Assembly: GCA_951406725.2 (NCBI GenBank)
Contig: OX597816.1
Location: forward strand, 152,768,001 to 152,832,000
DNA length: 64,000 nt
Direction of reading: 5' to 3'
Origin: Octopus vulgaris
Lineage: Eukaryota
In this document: one piece after another, positions 29,724-44,612 of the stretch
Numbering within the stretch: the stretch's first letter is position 1
Layout: each line of letters begins with the position of its first letter
The notes under the pieces: model-generated
What the model was told of the DNA's origin: nothing
What the model saw: only the letters and a program-made list of their open reading frames with translations
The model's database searches: none
Translations under genes and position numbers: made by a program

Positions 29724-30394
29724 GATGCATGCTTACGTATATTTTCATACATTTACACACATATAGACGTATTACGCATACATTTATTCATACACACACC
29801 CACAGCACACATACACACGCATTCACATTGTATGTCCAATGTCATTCATACACAAATCGTTCAGATCCGTTATTTTGCTGCTTGTCAACTCGGAGGCCTC
29901 AAAGCAATGTAAAAGTAATGTAGAGATTTGAATCTATTTTATAAAGGTCTTTTCATAACTTCACAAAACTGAATAGGATTTTATATTGCGAGGAGAATCG
30001 ATTTATGCCAAATTAGACTATCACCGGTTACCTTTGACCCTCGTAGCCTTTGTTGTTGTTATCATAGTTTATTTAGCTCCAATTCAACGATCAGCTCTAT
30101 ATAACCAAAAGCATTTAAATTATATCTGTCCTGTTTTGTTAGACTGGAATTTGGCACCTTAGACTACAGTATCCAATACATCCTCCCTGTCTAAGAGTTT
30201 AGGGTGAAGTTTTGAGAAAATTTTTGTTGCTATTTCTAGTAGATCAAACTCCCTTGCTGAGTCTTTTAGTGTTCTTTCTGTTGCTTATGAATAATTGAAT
30301 TTAAAATTACACGTTTTATCGTGCACAGAGTCTCCTTTATAAGTGTGTTTATCAGCGTACATGTTTTGAAATTTGCTTTTACTTTGTATTTTTA

Positions 30395-30685
30395 TTTTAC
30401 TTGTTCCAGTCGTTTGACAGCGGCCATGCTGGGGCACCACCTTGGCGGGTTTTAGTCGATCAAATCTACTCTAAGACTTATTTTTTAAAGCCTAGTACTT
30501 ATTCTATCGATCTCTTATGCAGAGCCGCTAATTTCGGGGACGTAAACACACCACCATCGGTTGTCAAGCGGTAGTGGTGGGGGCGAACACAGACATGGAG
30601 ACACACACTCATAGATACACACACACACGTATATGTATATATCTATGAGTGTGTGTCTCCATGTCTGTGTTCGGACCCCACCGTC

Positions 30686-30753
<68 letters not shown>

Positions 30754-30806
30754 ATATATATATGTATATGTATATGTATATGTGTATGTATATGTATATG
30801 TATATG

Positions 30807-30855
<49 letters not shown>

Positions 30856-31014
30856 GAGTGGCTTCTTTCAGTTTCCGTCTACCAAATCCACTCACAAGGC
30901 TTTGGTCGGCCCGAGGCTATAGCAGAAGGCACTGGCTCACTGTCATTCAGTGAGACTGAACCCGGAACCATATGGTTGAGAAGCAAGCTTCTTACTACAC
31001 AGCCATGCCTGCGC
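30395..31014 (-). mobile_element. SINE family B with expanded internal (TA)n
   Basis: Same blocks as the 28-kb copy, with an expanded internal microsatellite. Confidence 0.85.
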
Positions 31015-31154
31015 TTGTATACTATTTTGCATTTCCTAATGTTAAATTTTGTTTACATAAGGATTGAATCACAATTTAATTACAAGGAAACAAAGAAAAG
31101 GAAAAAAACAAAAATTCTCCCTATTTGGATAATGTTGCTGTTGCCGCTTTTATC

Positions 31155-31375
31155 GGTGGATCAGCAGAATCGTTAGGGAATGGGTCAAAATAATTTGCCA
31201 CTTTTAGATTCAGCTCTTTACATACTGAATTTAATCCTGCCGAGGTCTCAACTTTACCTGTCAATCTTCCGAGGTCGATAAATTGAATAGCTTGTGAAAT
31301 ACTGTGGTTGGAATAATCAGCTGTTTCAACCCGTGTCAAAAGAATTTCCGGTCATACGCCTAAGTCAGAAATTGT
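31155..31375 (+). mobile_element. SINE family A, decayed
   Basis: gcagaatcgttag...gccgaggtc...gaggtcgataaatt. Confidence 0.6.
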
Positions 31376-31884
31376 TATTTTCAGCACCACACCCACCATG
31401 AACAGCAGCAACAACTATGAAGCAGTCTACTGGTAGTCGCTGGAGACTGCTGCGATTTAGAAAAGAAAGTTACGTTGTATAATGTGGTCAATGGTACATT
31501 GTACCTAAGAAAAGGGCAGGATGTTCATGGCTGGAATGCATTTGATTATTGGTCTACTTGATCACAACTGACCTGAAATTAATCTACAACAATAACTGAA
31601 GGTAGATGTGTACATGTCACTGAACTTTTACTCTAAAAACTGTGACAGATGTATTGGTGTTTATTCATCACGAAGACTGAAAGCTCTTCTTGACTTTGTC
31701 GATTGTTCTGGAGACGCCATACAGCCGCCACCGTCGCCGACGACGACGTAACTACCGTCATCATCTCCACACAAGAATTTCCCTCATCAATATCACTGTC
31801 ATGGCTACCTATCATTCTATCGTTTATCTCTACCACCAACGCAGTCACATTCACGTTCAGTGCCACCTCCATCATCAACGTATT

Positions 31885-31964
<80 letters not shown>

Positions 31965-31965
31965 A

Positions 31966-32034
<69 letters not shown>

Positions 32035-32423
32035 CACACATTTCATTTATTAGCTACTAGCACACCGTTTACCACAACTGGAGCTAACTGGAACTAGAAG
32101 CAATATTCCAGCATTGACCACTCTCACTACCACCAATGCCACCACCACCACCACTACCAACACCACCAACACCAACAACACCACCACCACCACTGCCACC
32201 ACTGACACTATTACTTCCACCACCTTTCATAACTAGTTCCTCCCCCTCTCCCACTACTACCTTCACCATCTCTATCAATTACTTCTACGTTTAAACAAAT
32301 ATAATAGAATCAAGCGCTGCGTATTTAAACGTATACAACACACCTCTGTTGATCTAGAAATATGCCATACTAAAGTGAAGCAAACAGTGGGAGAGGGAGA
32401 GGGAGAGTGAGAGAGAAAGAGAA

Positions 32424-32483
<60 letters not shown>

Positions 32484-33605
32484 GATAGATAGAGAGAGAG
32501 AACCAGCGAGAGATTCAGACAGAGAGAAAAGCAAAGAAATAAACAGACAAGCAGATATTCAAACAGAAATTTTGAGAGATTTGCTTCAAGCTTTTGTTTA
32601 TGGAACCCGATGCTACTTCCTTAGTAGAATATATATTTGTAAAAATAAAAGGCTCAAACTTAATTGAGGAATAGTTACTATGAGAATATTATTTAATCAT
32701 TCCACTTGTGTGCACTACAAGCTTAAATGAAAATGGATTATTGCGTATTGGTCACTTGCATTATACCCTGTCTGTTGTTGATGAACAAGCCCCACCACTG
32801 TTACACAGCTAGTGAATATATACATTATAAAATGGTTAATATATATTATGAATCGTTTCGAAAATGAAGCGGAATTTTTAACACTTTCCGCGATATGAGT
32901 GTATTTATTCATGGCAACTATCTACATTTAGGTAGATACAACACTATACTGATAAGCCAATGATACGAAATAGAAACTTTGGTTAGAAAACCCACATCTT
33001 TAGTACTCGGTCAGATAAGACTTAACGCGTTGTTTGTAATGCAATTACAATGTTGTAATTAGATTTTTGTAAAGACGTAGTTAAAATGTCGTCAGGTAAA
33101 AAAACTCAGGACACCGCAGAGGGGTGAGTCGATAAGCTGTCTTGGCATTACTAGGAAGAGCGATAGTTCGTATCTTGTTGTGTCATTACGTGATATTAAT
33201 GATCAAAGACCAAACTTTCAAATGAACTAATTGATCTAGCTAAATATAGATACAAAACTATCACATAGTAGTATGTTCGCGGTAGACAGAAAAAATATGG
33301 TTATGAACTATAGAAATCTTGAACTCTTTATTTACAGAATTTATAAACAGAACAATAATGTAATAATTTAATGACCCTCACACCAGTGATGCCAACAGTT
33401 GTGATGTGAGGAAAGGTCGACACATTGATTTATACTTAGGATATTTAATTATATGTAGTGGTCATTAGAAAGTTCTATCAGCATCTGTAGACGTTGAAAG
33501 GGTTTAAAGCATTGGCAGTAAATGTTTATAGCTGGAAGAATTAGATGTAGCAACCATTACTATTAATAGCTGAGCGATGTTAAAGAGTTAACTCGTCGAC
33601 AGAAA

Positions 33606-33655
<50 letters not shown>

Positions 33656-34299
33656 TTGGTAGTGGCAGCAGCAGCAGTCATGTGTGAAAGGGTTATTCAT
33701 TGATAGCCGCATAGGTATATATTTATTAGCTAGAGGAGACATGCAGTAGCCATTACATTAAAGCTGCCAACATCTATGAGCTCGAATCGATTAACGAGAT
33801 CATTAAATAAACTACGAAATCTCGTTGCATTAGAATGTTTCTCATCAATAAAATATGAACAAACGAAGCAAAAGGATATTCATAAAACACATTCGAAATC
33901 AAAGTCCGCCATTGTTTATGTTGTTACTGTTGTGTTTATTCGTTATTGTTGTGCCCTTGGTGGGTTGTTGTCCTAGTGAAGCGGTAATGATGAAGCTGTA
34001 TTTCTTTACATGATGATGTAGATAATTGTTATTAGAGAGAAGATTTCATAGGCTACATAAACGACATTTAGCAGTAACTGCCGAGAGATTAGCCTTGGAG
34101 AAGACTTAAGAAAGAAAACAAATTATTTATAGATTTAAACATACATAATGATGACATGTAATTTTGAGTTGGTCTATTAATGATAAACACATAAATATTA
34201 AGCGCTAAATATCACACACACACACACACACACACACACGCATTATGTATATACATATGTTTGTTTATCCATCTGTCTACCTGTCCGTCCGTCCGTCCG

Positions 34300-34371
<72 letters not shown>

Positions 34372-35129
34372 CTTCTTTTTTCATTTCTCTTTTCTTTTGT
34401 TCATTTTCCTTTTCTTCTTTTTTTCTTTTTCTTTTTTTATTTTTTATTTTATTTTTTATTTATTTTTTTTATTTTCTTCCCTTTTACGATCCCTCTTGAT
34501 CGAAAACCTACGCCACCCCTTTCTTTTTTTTTGTTTCTTTTGTTTTTTTTTTGTTTTTTTCATCCCCCAAAAGAAAAGCTCTAGCTTGTAACTTGTCCCA
34601 TCTGTGTGCAGCCCTGTGTGGCCAATAAAGAAACTTATCTATCTATGCATAAGGATCTTGCAAACCAAATGCAGAAGTATAATTATATACATATCACGAA
34701 ATTCGAAACTAACTACATAGAGACTAAATATTAGTGCGGGTCTTCCTACTTCATAAATTAGAAAGATTTATCATAACGGATAATAACGGTAGCTATATCA
34801 AAATATTTTTTCCCAAATTTATCATTGGCTAATTTTAAATTATTTTGAACTGTCTATTGCAGCATAAGTTTGTCGAATCCTTGGATAAGATTTGAATGAT
34901 AACTAAATTTCCCCCCAAGTAGCTGAACCAACGAGGAAGGGAACCAACAAAAAATTTCTATGAAGTTACTTGATTTTTTAGAAGTAACAACTAAATGTCC
35001 TTCAAAACAACACGGCCTACCGCCTTGAAAAAAGGAGCATATAGTGTTATGTACTTCTCGGAGTTTCAATGAAAAGATGAATGGTCACGGCTGTAACACC
35101 TTTCATCGTGGACACCAACAGGGAGATAA

Positions 35130-35198
<69 letters not shown>

Positions 35199-35869
35199 AC
35201 TACTGCTGCCAAACCTATGAAAATAAATGTTTCAAAGAGTGAACCTCTATGTAGTCATAAGCATGCTAGAAATAGCAAACAAATTACCCTCGAATAAAAT
35301 CCTGCCGTCTTAAAGATAGGCGCTGTAAGTAAATTTGTCCTAGGTGTACAAAATGACGAAGTCCTCAAGAAGGAACGCTTTCGAGCATATGTCGACGGTG
35401 GACTAAGGTTAAACAGCAACAGCATTAAAAGTATAGCACTAAATTTACACTTGATGTGAAGAACCATAAAAGGTACAATACTGTAGCAGTACAGTGTTAT
35501 CATAAGCGGAAGTAAATGTAACTACGTGTCATTCATCTTGTTTCTTAAAGCCACCATTGTGAAACCTGGTTGTCATCTAGACTAGACGCAGGTTTATATA
35601 TTGGGCGTAGGTCACAGCTGAGCAACGGAATATTGCTGGCTTTTAGAGCAGGAACAAAAACCCTCTATTTTTAAGACACAAGAAGAATAAGAAGTTGCGG
35701 TATCCATGCATTTCCCAATAACGCTTATAGTGACGAAACTAACCAGAAACAGAAGCTGTGTTGCAATCTTTATTTCTTCACTGCAGACTAAGATGCTGCT
35801 CTTTTACATTCAATATCTTCGCACATATGTAGGCATGTACATTCGTCCATACTTATATGCGCATAGATA

Positions 35870-35920
<51 letters not shown>

Positions 35921-36832
35921 ATCTAGATTCATAATACACGTATTAAAAATGCAAGGAATAGCTATGAATAAATGTATCAAGAGGCGGTCCCAGGAAATTA
36001 GCTGACGCATGCGCATAACATTAAATATTGACATATTGAAAAGAAACTGCTTCACTGAAATATTTAATTGGTGTTTTCTTCTAACTTCTTTCATATAAAA
36101 GATTCAGGGACTCAGGCGAGAAATCAATATCCGCTCTAGCAGAAACACGAATTAAAAGACGGCGAGTGTTGGAAATAATCCCGTGCTAGTACACTTGACA
36201 TGAATGATTTTTTTTTCTTTTTTATTGATATTTATTTAATGTTTTTGTTTCTTTGATATTATTATTATGATGACGACGGAAGAAAAACAGTAAGATCACA
36301 GCAGCTAGGTGAATGATGTACCAAACTTCTCGTCAATTATATAGCTTGATAGATTGTTTCTCCGCTTTCTTACTCTCTGTCTTAACAGCAGGACAGTTTA
36401 TATAGCCAGGTTTTATCACGAGAGATGTTTAAAACCATCATATTATCATAAACTTATTCCAGCACTGTGCATCTCGCAGCTGTTTATGTAGTTGGTCATT
36501 CAGATTGATTTAAAGATAGAAAGATGTTGTCAGCATTATGACTTTCAAATTAAATATCTGAAGGGGCTACATATTTCTAATTTTAATCATCAATTATTAA
36601 TTACTCACCATAGTAGAAGGACACATAAAAGTATATATTTTGCTTTATGTATATAAATATTTCGATCAATTTTAAGTGTACTGAGAGAGAGAGAGAGAGA
36701 AATTGAGAGGCATAAGCATTGACCATAGCACCAATTAGTTTCTAATTAGTTGTACAACATTGTTAGAGAAAAATGACTCTACAAGAAGGATTAATATGTA
36801 CTCTGTGCGGTTCATTAATAGTTACTAGCATA

Positions 36833-36920
36833 CTCGAAAGAACACGTTTAATTAGAAGATTACAACTACAAGTAGTCAAAAGTACAGTCAAAGTATGTAA
36901 AACATTCATAAAGTTCAGCA
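36833..36920 (+). mobile_element. R4/Dong-like extreme C-terminal fragment
   Basis: ERTRLIRRLQLQVVKSTVKVCKTFIKF aligns with ERRNLIRRLQIQAITGTVKICKTFQKF at 48.4 kb. Confidence 0.65.
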
Positions 36921-37786
36921 TTTATTCAGATCCACATTTACAATGCCACCTATGCTGCCACGCATGCATATATATGCGCATACATACGTATATGCATACA
37001 AGTACATATGTTATACATAGATGTATACACATACATATATACACACAACCACACACACACACATACGCGATGCTTCAGCATGGCCACACCTCTGAGCTGA
37101 AACTACAAAGAATATATATATATGTACACACACACACATATATATATCAAGCTTTGGCAGCTTTGCTCTGAAAACCATCGATGAAATAGAATGTTATATT
37201 AGTATTTTATCTTTTGTTAAAAAGATAAGTCATTGTGCATGTTGTTAATTAATTAATAAGTGACAAAAATTTCTTTGCCAGAATACAACACTGCATGCAT
37301 ATGTCCCTACACATATGCACGTACACATATAAGCTATAATGCACACATTCACACTCACACTCTCTTGAAACATCCACACATTAATTTATATTGCTCACTT
37401 CATCATATGTTCTATCTCTCACTTTTTGTGTCTATAGAGAGATTAGAAACCTATGATGCAACCACTTTGCGTACTTTTCATAGAAGCAACAGTTATGTTT
37501 ATTTAAAAATGTATACCTTACATTTCAAATTATCCCAGAACGTTGTGTAGCCTATTATGAATGAATTAATCCATGTTGCCACCATGCGCGGTGTTGTGCA
37601 AAATAGACTAATCAACTTAGTTGAGTCCTATTTTATATATGTTATAAATAACTATAAGGTTTAATCTCTCCGTTGACAGAAAGTGGACTTTTTTTCTCTG
37701 ATGGCAGTCTAAGGAGACTAGGAACTTAATAGATCGATCCTACTTCCCCTACCTATATATATATATATATACATGTATATATATAT

Positions 37787-37840
<54 letters not shown>

Positions 37841-39148
37841 ATATATGTATGTATCTGTATATGTATCTATGAATGTATGTATGTATTATGCATGTATGTA
37901 TAATATATATGCATGCATACATGCATACATATGTATATATACATATATACAGATGTGACCTAACATTCTAATATGGATACATATGTGCATAGAGAGCAAG
38001 AAACTACTCGAAAAGTCACAAAGTGTGTTGTGTGTGTGTGTATGCATTTGTGTGTGTGTGTGTGTGTGTGTGTGTATACACACGCACACGTATACCATAG
38101 CCTGTCTGGGTACAAAGAAGACTAAAATATTTACGAAAAATAATACGTACGTGCTATCTACTCATAAACTGACACCGAGATTCCAAGGCGAAAACAAGCT
38201 CACTCACTCTCAAACATACACACATGGTGGTAAAATGAAAAAGAAGTGCTTCAAATTTTTGAATTTCGAATCCAGATTAGAAATGGGTACACTTGAACAG
38301 AATACAAATATAATTCTCTACTTCAAATTCTTTAAACCGAATTGATATGAGACAAGATACAATAGTCTTCCAGTTAATAAGAACATAAATTGAAAGGGTC
38401 CAACGCAGGAACCCCTTTGTTGTCATCCGACTTGCAAAATTAGCTGACAAGTCTCCCTCAAATCCCAACCTATTATCTAAAAAATGTCTATTTTGTCCAG
38501 TTATGTTTAGCTAAAAGGAATGCTACGACTGTCCGTCGATCATAGGTATGCTTCATCAGAGCTGATTTGGATCTAATTAACAACAGTAGCAACAATTCAG
38601 AATTAAAAACGAAATAATATTGAATTAAACATGTAATAAATTTAAATCTGGTATATTCATGTATTACGAGAACTAAACTACCAAAAGTAGAAACGCTCAA
38701 TGTAAAGTTGCTAACCTTCTTTCTAACAATATGTTTCCTCAACTTTTCAGAAGTAGCCAAACTACTTCCAGAATGTTCTCATTTGGACCAGGTCTACTAC
38801 GTTGATTTCTTCATTTCTTCTCATGATGTTTTATCAATTCTTGAATATGAAGATCCACAAAACATGTCTAGGATAGCTCTTCAAACTTATTGACTGTTTT
38901 GTATATTTTGCTGGTTCACTCAGGCATCTACATAATGTCACATAGATTCTCGTACTATATTTTAGATTTAGCAGCTTGTGCATAATAATCAGAGAAATGG
39001 GAAAATGAAATATGCTAATAATAATAATAGTAATAATAAAAATAATAATAAAAATAATAATAGAAATTTTTTCTTTCGCTTCACCTCTCAATCATGTTAC
39101 AAAATGTTCCGGTTCGCCTGGTCACATGTTTAGCTCTGATATGACAGC

Positions 39149-39240
<92 letters not shown>

Positions 39241-40579
39241 CGGTTTCGCTTTACTTGACACTTGTGTGATTATTCTTACAAAATACTTCCGTGTTCCTTT
39301 GGCCTCAAACAAGATAAGAACCATGACACACTACTTTGATAATATCTCTATTTTATTAAAGTTATTCATTTCCAAGATGGCCGCTTCATATTTTTCCTTG
39401 TTTTTATTCATAATTTTGACTACAGTCATCGGAGTCGTCTTCGTAGTTTTCATCATCATCTAGTAATATAATTATGTGGGTAGAGGATTGGTAGGAGCAT
39501 TAGAGATTTGGATAAAGTGCTTTACGGTTTATCTTACGGCTTTTTACATCCTGAGTTCATATTCCACCGAACTCAACTTTTCTTTTTATCGTTTTGGGCA
39601 GATAAAATAAAGTACAAATTATGTACTGGAAGCAATGGTATCAATTTGAAGCAAGTATTATTATTTCATAGTAGTATAGCCCTAAATTAATAGCTTTTAT
39701 TGTTGTTGTTTTTTTTTTCTTGCTGCAAAAAATCTCTATAGTTCTTGGAATAATAAAGGAATAAACTACACGGGCGCTTGACTCGCAAGAATTATCAGCT
39801 GCATCTTCTTTAAAACATGTCCAACTGCATAAAAGCTGCTGGACATATTGGAGAAGATAGTCATAGAAAAAAAAATTCACCAAGGCTGAAATGCATTTGA
39901 TCACAGGTCTCGGTCAGGGCTGAGCTGTGGCTAAGCAACAACAACAACAACAACAACAATGACGACGACATATACTTCTTATTTTGAGCTCAGGTACCTT
40001 TGAGCTGAAAATAGGAAGCTGAGGGTTATGTGGCCAAGTTATACAGGAGATAGGGTACAAACTATCTTCTTTTTAGCTTGTAATCAGGTGTATCTCCAAC
40101 TCGGCTATCCACGTTTTCTTGGCAATAACATGTTATTTAACCCCAGACTACTGTCTTTTAACACCAGAAAATCTAGAAGAATGATGGCTGCAGACTGTGC
40201 TAGAAAAAAATTCTAATTTTTGTATATTCATTTTATTTTAGTGAAGTGGGAAATACTAATTATCTTAACCCTTTATGGTTATAATACTGAGTTCAAGATT
40301 TCCACATATAGAAATCGAACATATCTTAGCTATACATGTTTTCGCATTCTTTTTTTCTCTTTCCTCCTTTAGTGGTGATAGTGGTAGGAGAACCGGTTCT
40401 GTTTTCCAAAATAAGAAACTTTTTCTCTTTTTATAAAATTTTGGTGGTGTAGACTAATTTGATACATAAAAAATTCTACTCTATATTTAATAAGCTATAG
40501 TTAGAATGTCAACAAAATATAATAAACATGTATTTCACCCTATTGAAAATTTCCTTTTATAAATAATAGCGAATAATGA

Positions 40580-40629
<50 letters not shown>

Positions 40630-41011
40630 ACACACATTAAAAATGACTAGCTGTCATATCTAGCTGTCACACTAGGTGTCACACACAAGCTGTCATATCA
40701 GAGCTAAACTTTGTGAGAAGAAACTGGATTGAATCTTGTTGGATGTATTGTACTTGTAATTCAAAACACATTGATTCCTGCTGATACTGCGTTAGAAATA
40801 TATTAAAACGTTCCTACAATAGGTCAACGAATACAATCCCAGGTAATTCGCTGATCGATCATCGGAAGCGTCATCGTCAAAACCGAGGGTGAACCATCCA
40901 TTTATCCATCACCCTAAGCTCTTGGTGACCTGGGAGGGAGGTGCATCGTTGTGACATGGTATGTCCTTAGGCATATATGTGTGTATGTGATGTATATGTA
41001 TATTATATATA

Positions 41012-42304
41012 CGAGGGGCGTTCAATAAGTAATGCCCCTGACCCACTTCCCATAGAAGTAGAGCAACGAAACTTGGCACAGTTATTAGTCTTTTTCTACA
41101 TAGGAACCACCCAGAGTTACGCATTTCTCCCATCCTTTGATGCAGCGCTGGAGACCGTTTTTGTAGAAGACCCCAGCTTGGTCCTCCAACCACGACGTGA
41201 CTTTAGAAATCAAGGCTGCATCATCTGTGAAATGCTTTCCTTTCAAAAACAACTTCATGGCTGGGAAGAGGTGAAAATCAGAGGGTGCAAGGTCAGGAGC
41301 GTAGGGGGGATTAGGGGAGGAGTTCATAGCAGCACGCCTGTGCTTCTGATCTGGCGACACGCGAGTTGTGGACCGGAGCGTTGTCCTGCAGGAGGAGGAT
41401 GCCTTTGCTGAGCTTGCCCCACCTCTTGATTTTGATAGCTTCTCTTAATTTCCTCAAAAGTGAAGCATAATAGGCTCCTGTAATTGTGGTACCCTTTGCC
41501 AGGAAATCTGTCATCACTACTCCGTCCTGGTCCCAGAAGACTGTGAGCATGACCTTGCCAGCGGAGGGCTGCACCCTTGCCTTCTTTGGAGGAGGTGAGT
41601 CACGGTGCATCCACTGCATTTTCTGGACTTTGGTCTCTGAATCATAGTGATGGACCCAGGTTTCATCCTGTGTAATCAGTCTTTTGAAAAATTTTGACTC
41701 ATCTTCTTGGCACATCTCCAAATTCATCCTCGAGCACTCGACGCGTTCTTGCTTCTGGAAAGGTATGAGCAACCTGGGAATCCATCTGGCAGACACCTTT
41801 TGCATATGCAAATGGTCATGAATGATAGTTTCCACAGACCCGGTACTAATCTTGACCTCATGGGCTATTTGGCGAATAGTTATGCATCGATCTTCCAAAA
41901 TGGCAGCCTCAACTTGACGGACAGATGCCTCATCAATGGCAGAAGGGGGTGACCAGATCTGAGAGCTGTTTCCACAGAGTTCCGACCATGTTTGAATTCA
42001 CGATGCCAGCGTTTTACAAGGTCATATGATGGGGCATCATCACCATAAGTTACTTTCATTTCATCAAAAGTCTCCTGTGGTGTGCGTCCTTTCAAATACA
42101 AAAACCAGATCACTGCTACACACTCAACAGGCTCCATTTCACACTTGACTCAGTTCAAACACCTGTAAATCAGAAACCACAATTAGCTCAGAGCTGTAAT
42201 TTGTCACTTAATCTATAGAGATATAAATAATTGCACATGCAAAATTTCAGCTAGATCAAACAACTGCAAGTGGGTCAGAGGCATTACTTTTTGAACGTCC
42301 CTCG
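41012..42304 (-). mobile_element. Mariner (DD34D) DNA transposon, near full length
   Basis: 37-bp TIRs 41012-41048 and 42268-42304 (3 mismatches); TA on both sides; 1293 bp. Confidence 0.95.
41085..42137 (-). pseudogene. Mariner transposase with two frameshifts (irritans/Himar-like)
   Basis: Three overlapping ORFs join into an HTH region, WIPRLL, TQDETW, LQDNAPVH and PYAPDLAPSDFHLF. Confidence 0.92.
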
Positions 42305-42334
42305 TATATATAATATATATATATATATATATAC

Positions 42335-42367
<33 letters not shown>

Positions 42368-44023
42368 CATCACACGCACACACACATATATGTCTAAAGC
42401 ATATCACGTATAAAGGTAGGTGGGTAGGTAGGTAGGTACGTATGTGTGTATCATTATTGGTAAAAAATATGTTAGATGCGACATTATGTGTATTATACTA
42501 TATTTTGCTGATAAGAAAGTAGTACATACTTTTATAGTAATATGGTACATTTGGTATAAGACTGAAGAGAAAATGTAATTGACTGGAAATAAAGATGTAG
42601 AGGAAAGAAATATAAAAGGAATATTTCTAACCTAGTGTAGCTCCTAGGATATATCTAATTCACTCAAAATATGACTCAAATATATAAGGAAAAGGTAGCA
42701 ATAAATTGATTAGCTCACACCTTTCAGATTTATATCAGTGAAATAGAAAGTAGATCGCAGATTAGGCCCGTGGATGACTTACTATAGATTGAATTATTGA
42801 ATTACATACTTTTTTGCATTTGGATTCTTTAGAAGTGCAAGGCCAATTTTTTACAGAATAAGTTAATTAGTCGAGCTGATTGACATTGAATGAAGGGAAT
42901 GTTGAAACCACAAAAATTTAGAATGAGATACACTTCAAAAGAAGAAACATAAAAAAATATTTTCTTCTTTCGGTTCAGTTATGGTACAGCTGAATCCTGT
43001 TCTCACCTGGATTTCTTTTATGCCTTGATGTCACTGAGAGCGCATTAAGATCACAGCAAACAACATTTACGATCTAGTTTCAACTCTACGTTGCCATCTT
43101 CGACTCTTCAATACCATCGATTAAAGCTATTTCTTAATGAGTACTTCAATAACTTCACAAATTATCCACAAATTATTGCTGCTGGATACTTTCAACTTTT
43201 AATATTTAAAAGAATTAGAGCGAAAGATGTGTAGAATAGTTGGAGGGTCGGATAAAATATTTTGCAAATATTTAGTTGCGGCCATTTTCTTTTTCTGATT
43301 TCGATTTACGTAGGGGTCGACTTTGCCTTCCATCTTTCAGAGATCAATACAGTAAGTACGAGTTAAGCGACCGTGCCAAAATTATCAACTATAACCATCT
43401 CACAAAATTTGAGTCCTTGTATAAATGCTAGAAATCATTGTGTTAAAAGAATTGAAAAATGGTCGAGAAGTAGAAACAGGAAAGTACTGATTCAATTCTA
43501 TGTTCTGCTTAGATATGGCCTTTTACATTCGATTTTCAAACCCTGCTGAAATAGTCGTTGCTTTTCATGTTGAAATGTTAATGAAATAAATTGTAATAAT
43601 ATATTGATATCAATGCAATCGTTTATATATTGCCTACAGATGTGTGGCTCTGAGTTAAAAATCTACATCTAATTGTGCACATACACAGACATGAATACAT
43701 GCATCCATATGAACATACATATACACATACATGCATACACACATAATAATACATAAAAACATACATTCCTATATACATATGTACGTGCATACATACATTT
43801 GTATGTATGCATGTATATATGCATATAAGAATGTTAATGTGTAAATTCCAATAAAAGAGCTTACTTGCTGGATTAGAAAACTGAATAACATAACTAGAAT
43901 ACACAATACATATGTGCATACCGGCAAATATATGAATACAAACATTATACAAGGATGCAGAAAATATTACACATAGAAACGTATATGAACGTTTCATATT
44001 TGTAGATGGACAAACAAGTACTC

Positions 44024-44612
44024 GTTTCAAATCTTGGCACAAGGCCAACAGTTTTAGGGAAGGGTAAGTTTATTACATTGACCCCAGTATTCAACTGGTA
44101 CGAAAGGTTGAGAGGCAATGTCATCCCGGTAGAATTTAAAATCAGAACGTAAAGACAGACGAAATGCCATTAAGTATTTCGCCCGGCTTGCTAATGGTTC
44201 TGCCCGGAGAGCTAACGATTCTGCCCGGAGTGCTAACGATTCTGTCCGGAGTGCTAATGATTCTGCCCGGAGAGCTAACGATTCTGCCCGGAGTGCTAAC
44301 GATTCTGTCCGGAGTGCTAATGATTCTGTCCGGAGTGCTAACGATTCTGCCCGGAGTGCTAACGATACTGCCGGAGTGCTAACGATTCTGCCCGACGTGC
44401 TTACGATTCTGCCCGGCGTGCTAACGATTCTGCCCGGAGTGCTAACGATTCTGCCCGGAGTGCTAACGATTCTGCCCAGCGTGCTAACGATTCTGCCCGG
44501 CGTGCTAACGATTCTGTCCGGAGTGCTAACGATTCTGTCCGGAGTGCTAACGATTCTGCCCGGAGTGCTAACGATTCTACCCGGAGTGTTAACATTCTGC
44601 CAGCACGCCGCC
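44024..44612 (-). mobile_element. SINE family A copy with internal tandem amplification
   Basis: Family A body (ttggcacaaggcc...ccccagtattcaactggtac...cagaacgtaaagacagacgaaat) and head (gccagcacgccgcc), separated by a 21-bp array. Confidence 0.85.
44181..44601. repeat. Minisatellite, 20 x 21-bp unit gcccggagtgctaacgattct
   Basis: 20 units counted, two of them 20 bp; the unit matches the SINE-A 5' head segment. Confidence 0.95.

Noticed and set aside
40800-40966. Possible exon with donor-like cag|gtaatt and atg|gtatgt
   Set aside because: No clear polypyrimidine acceptor or recognisable protein; not supportable without transcripts.
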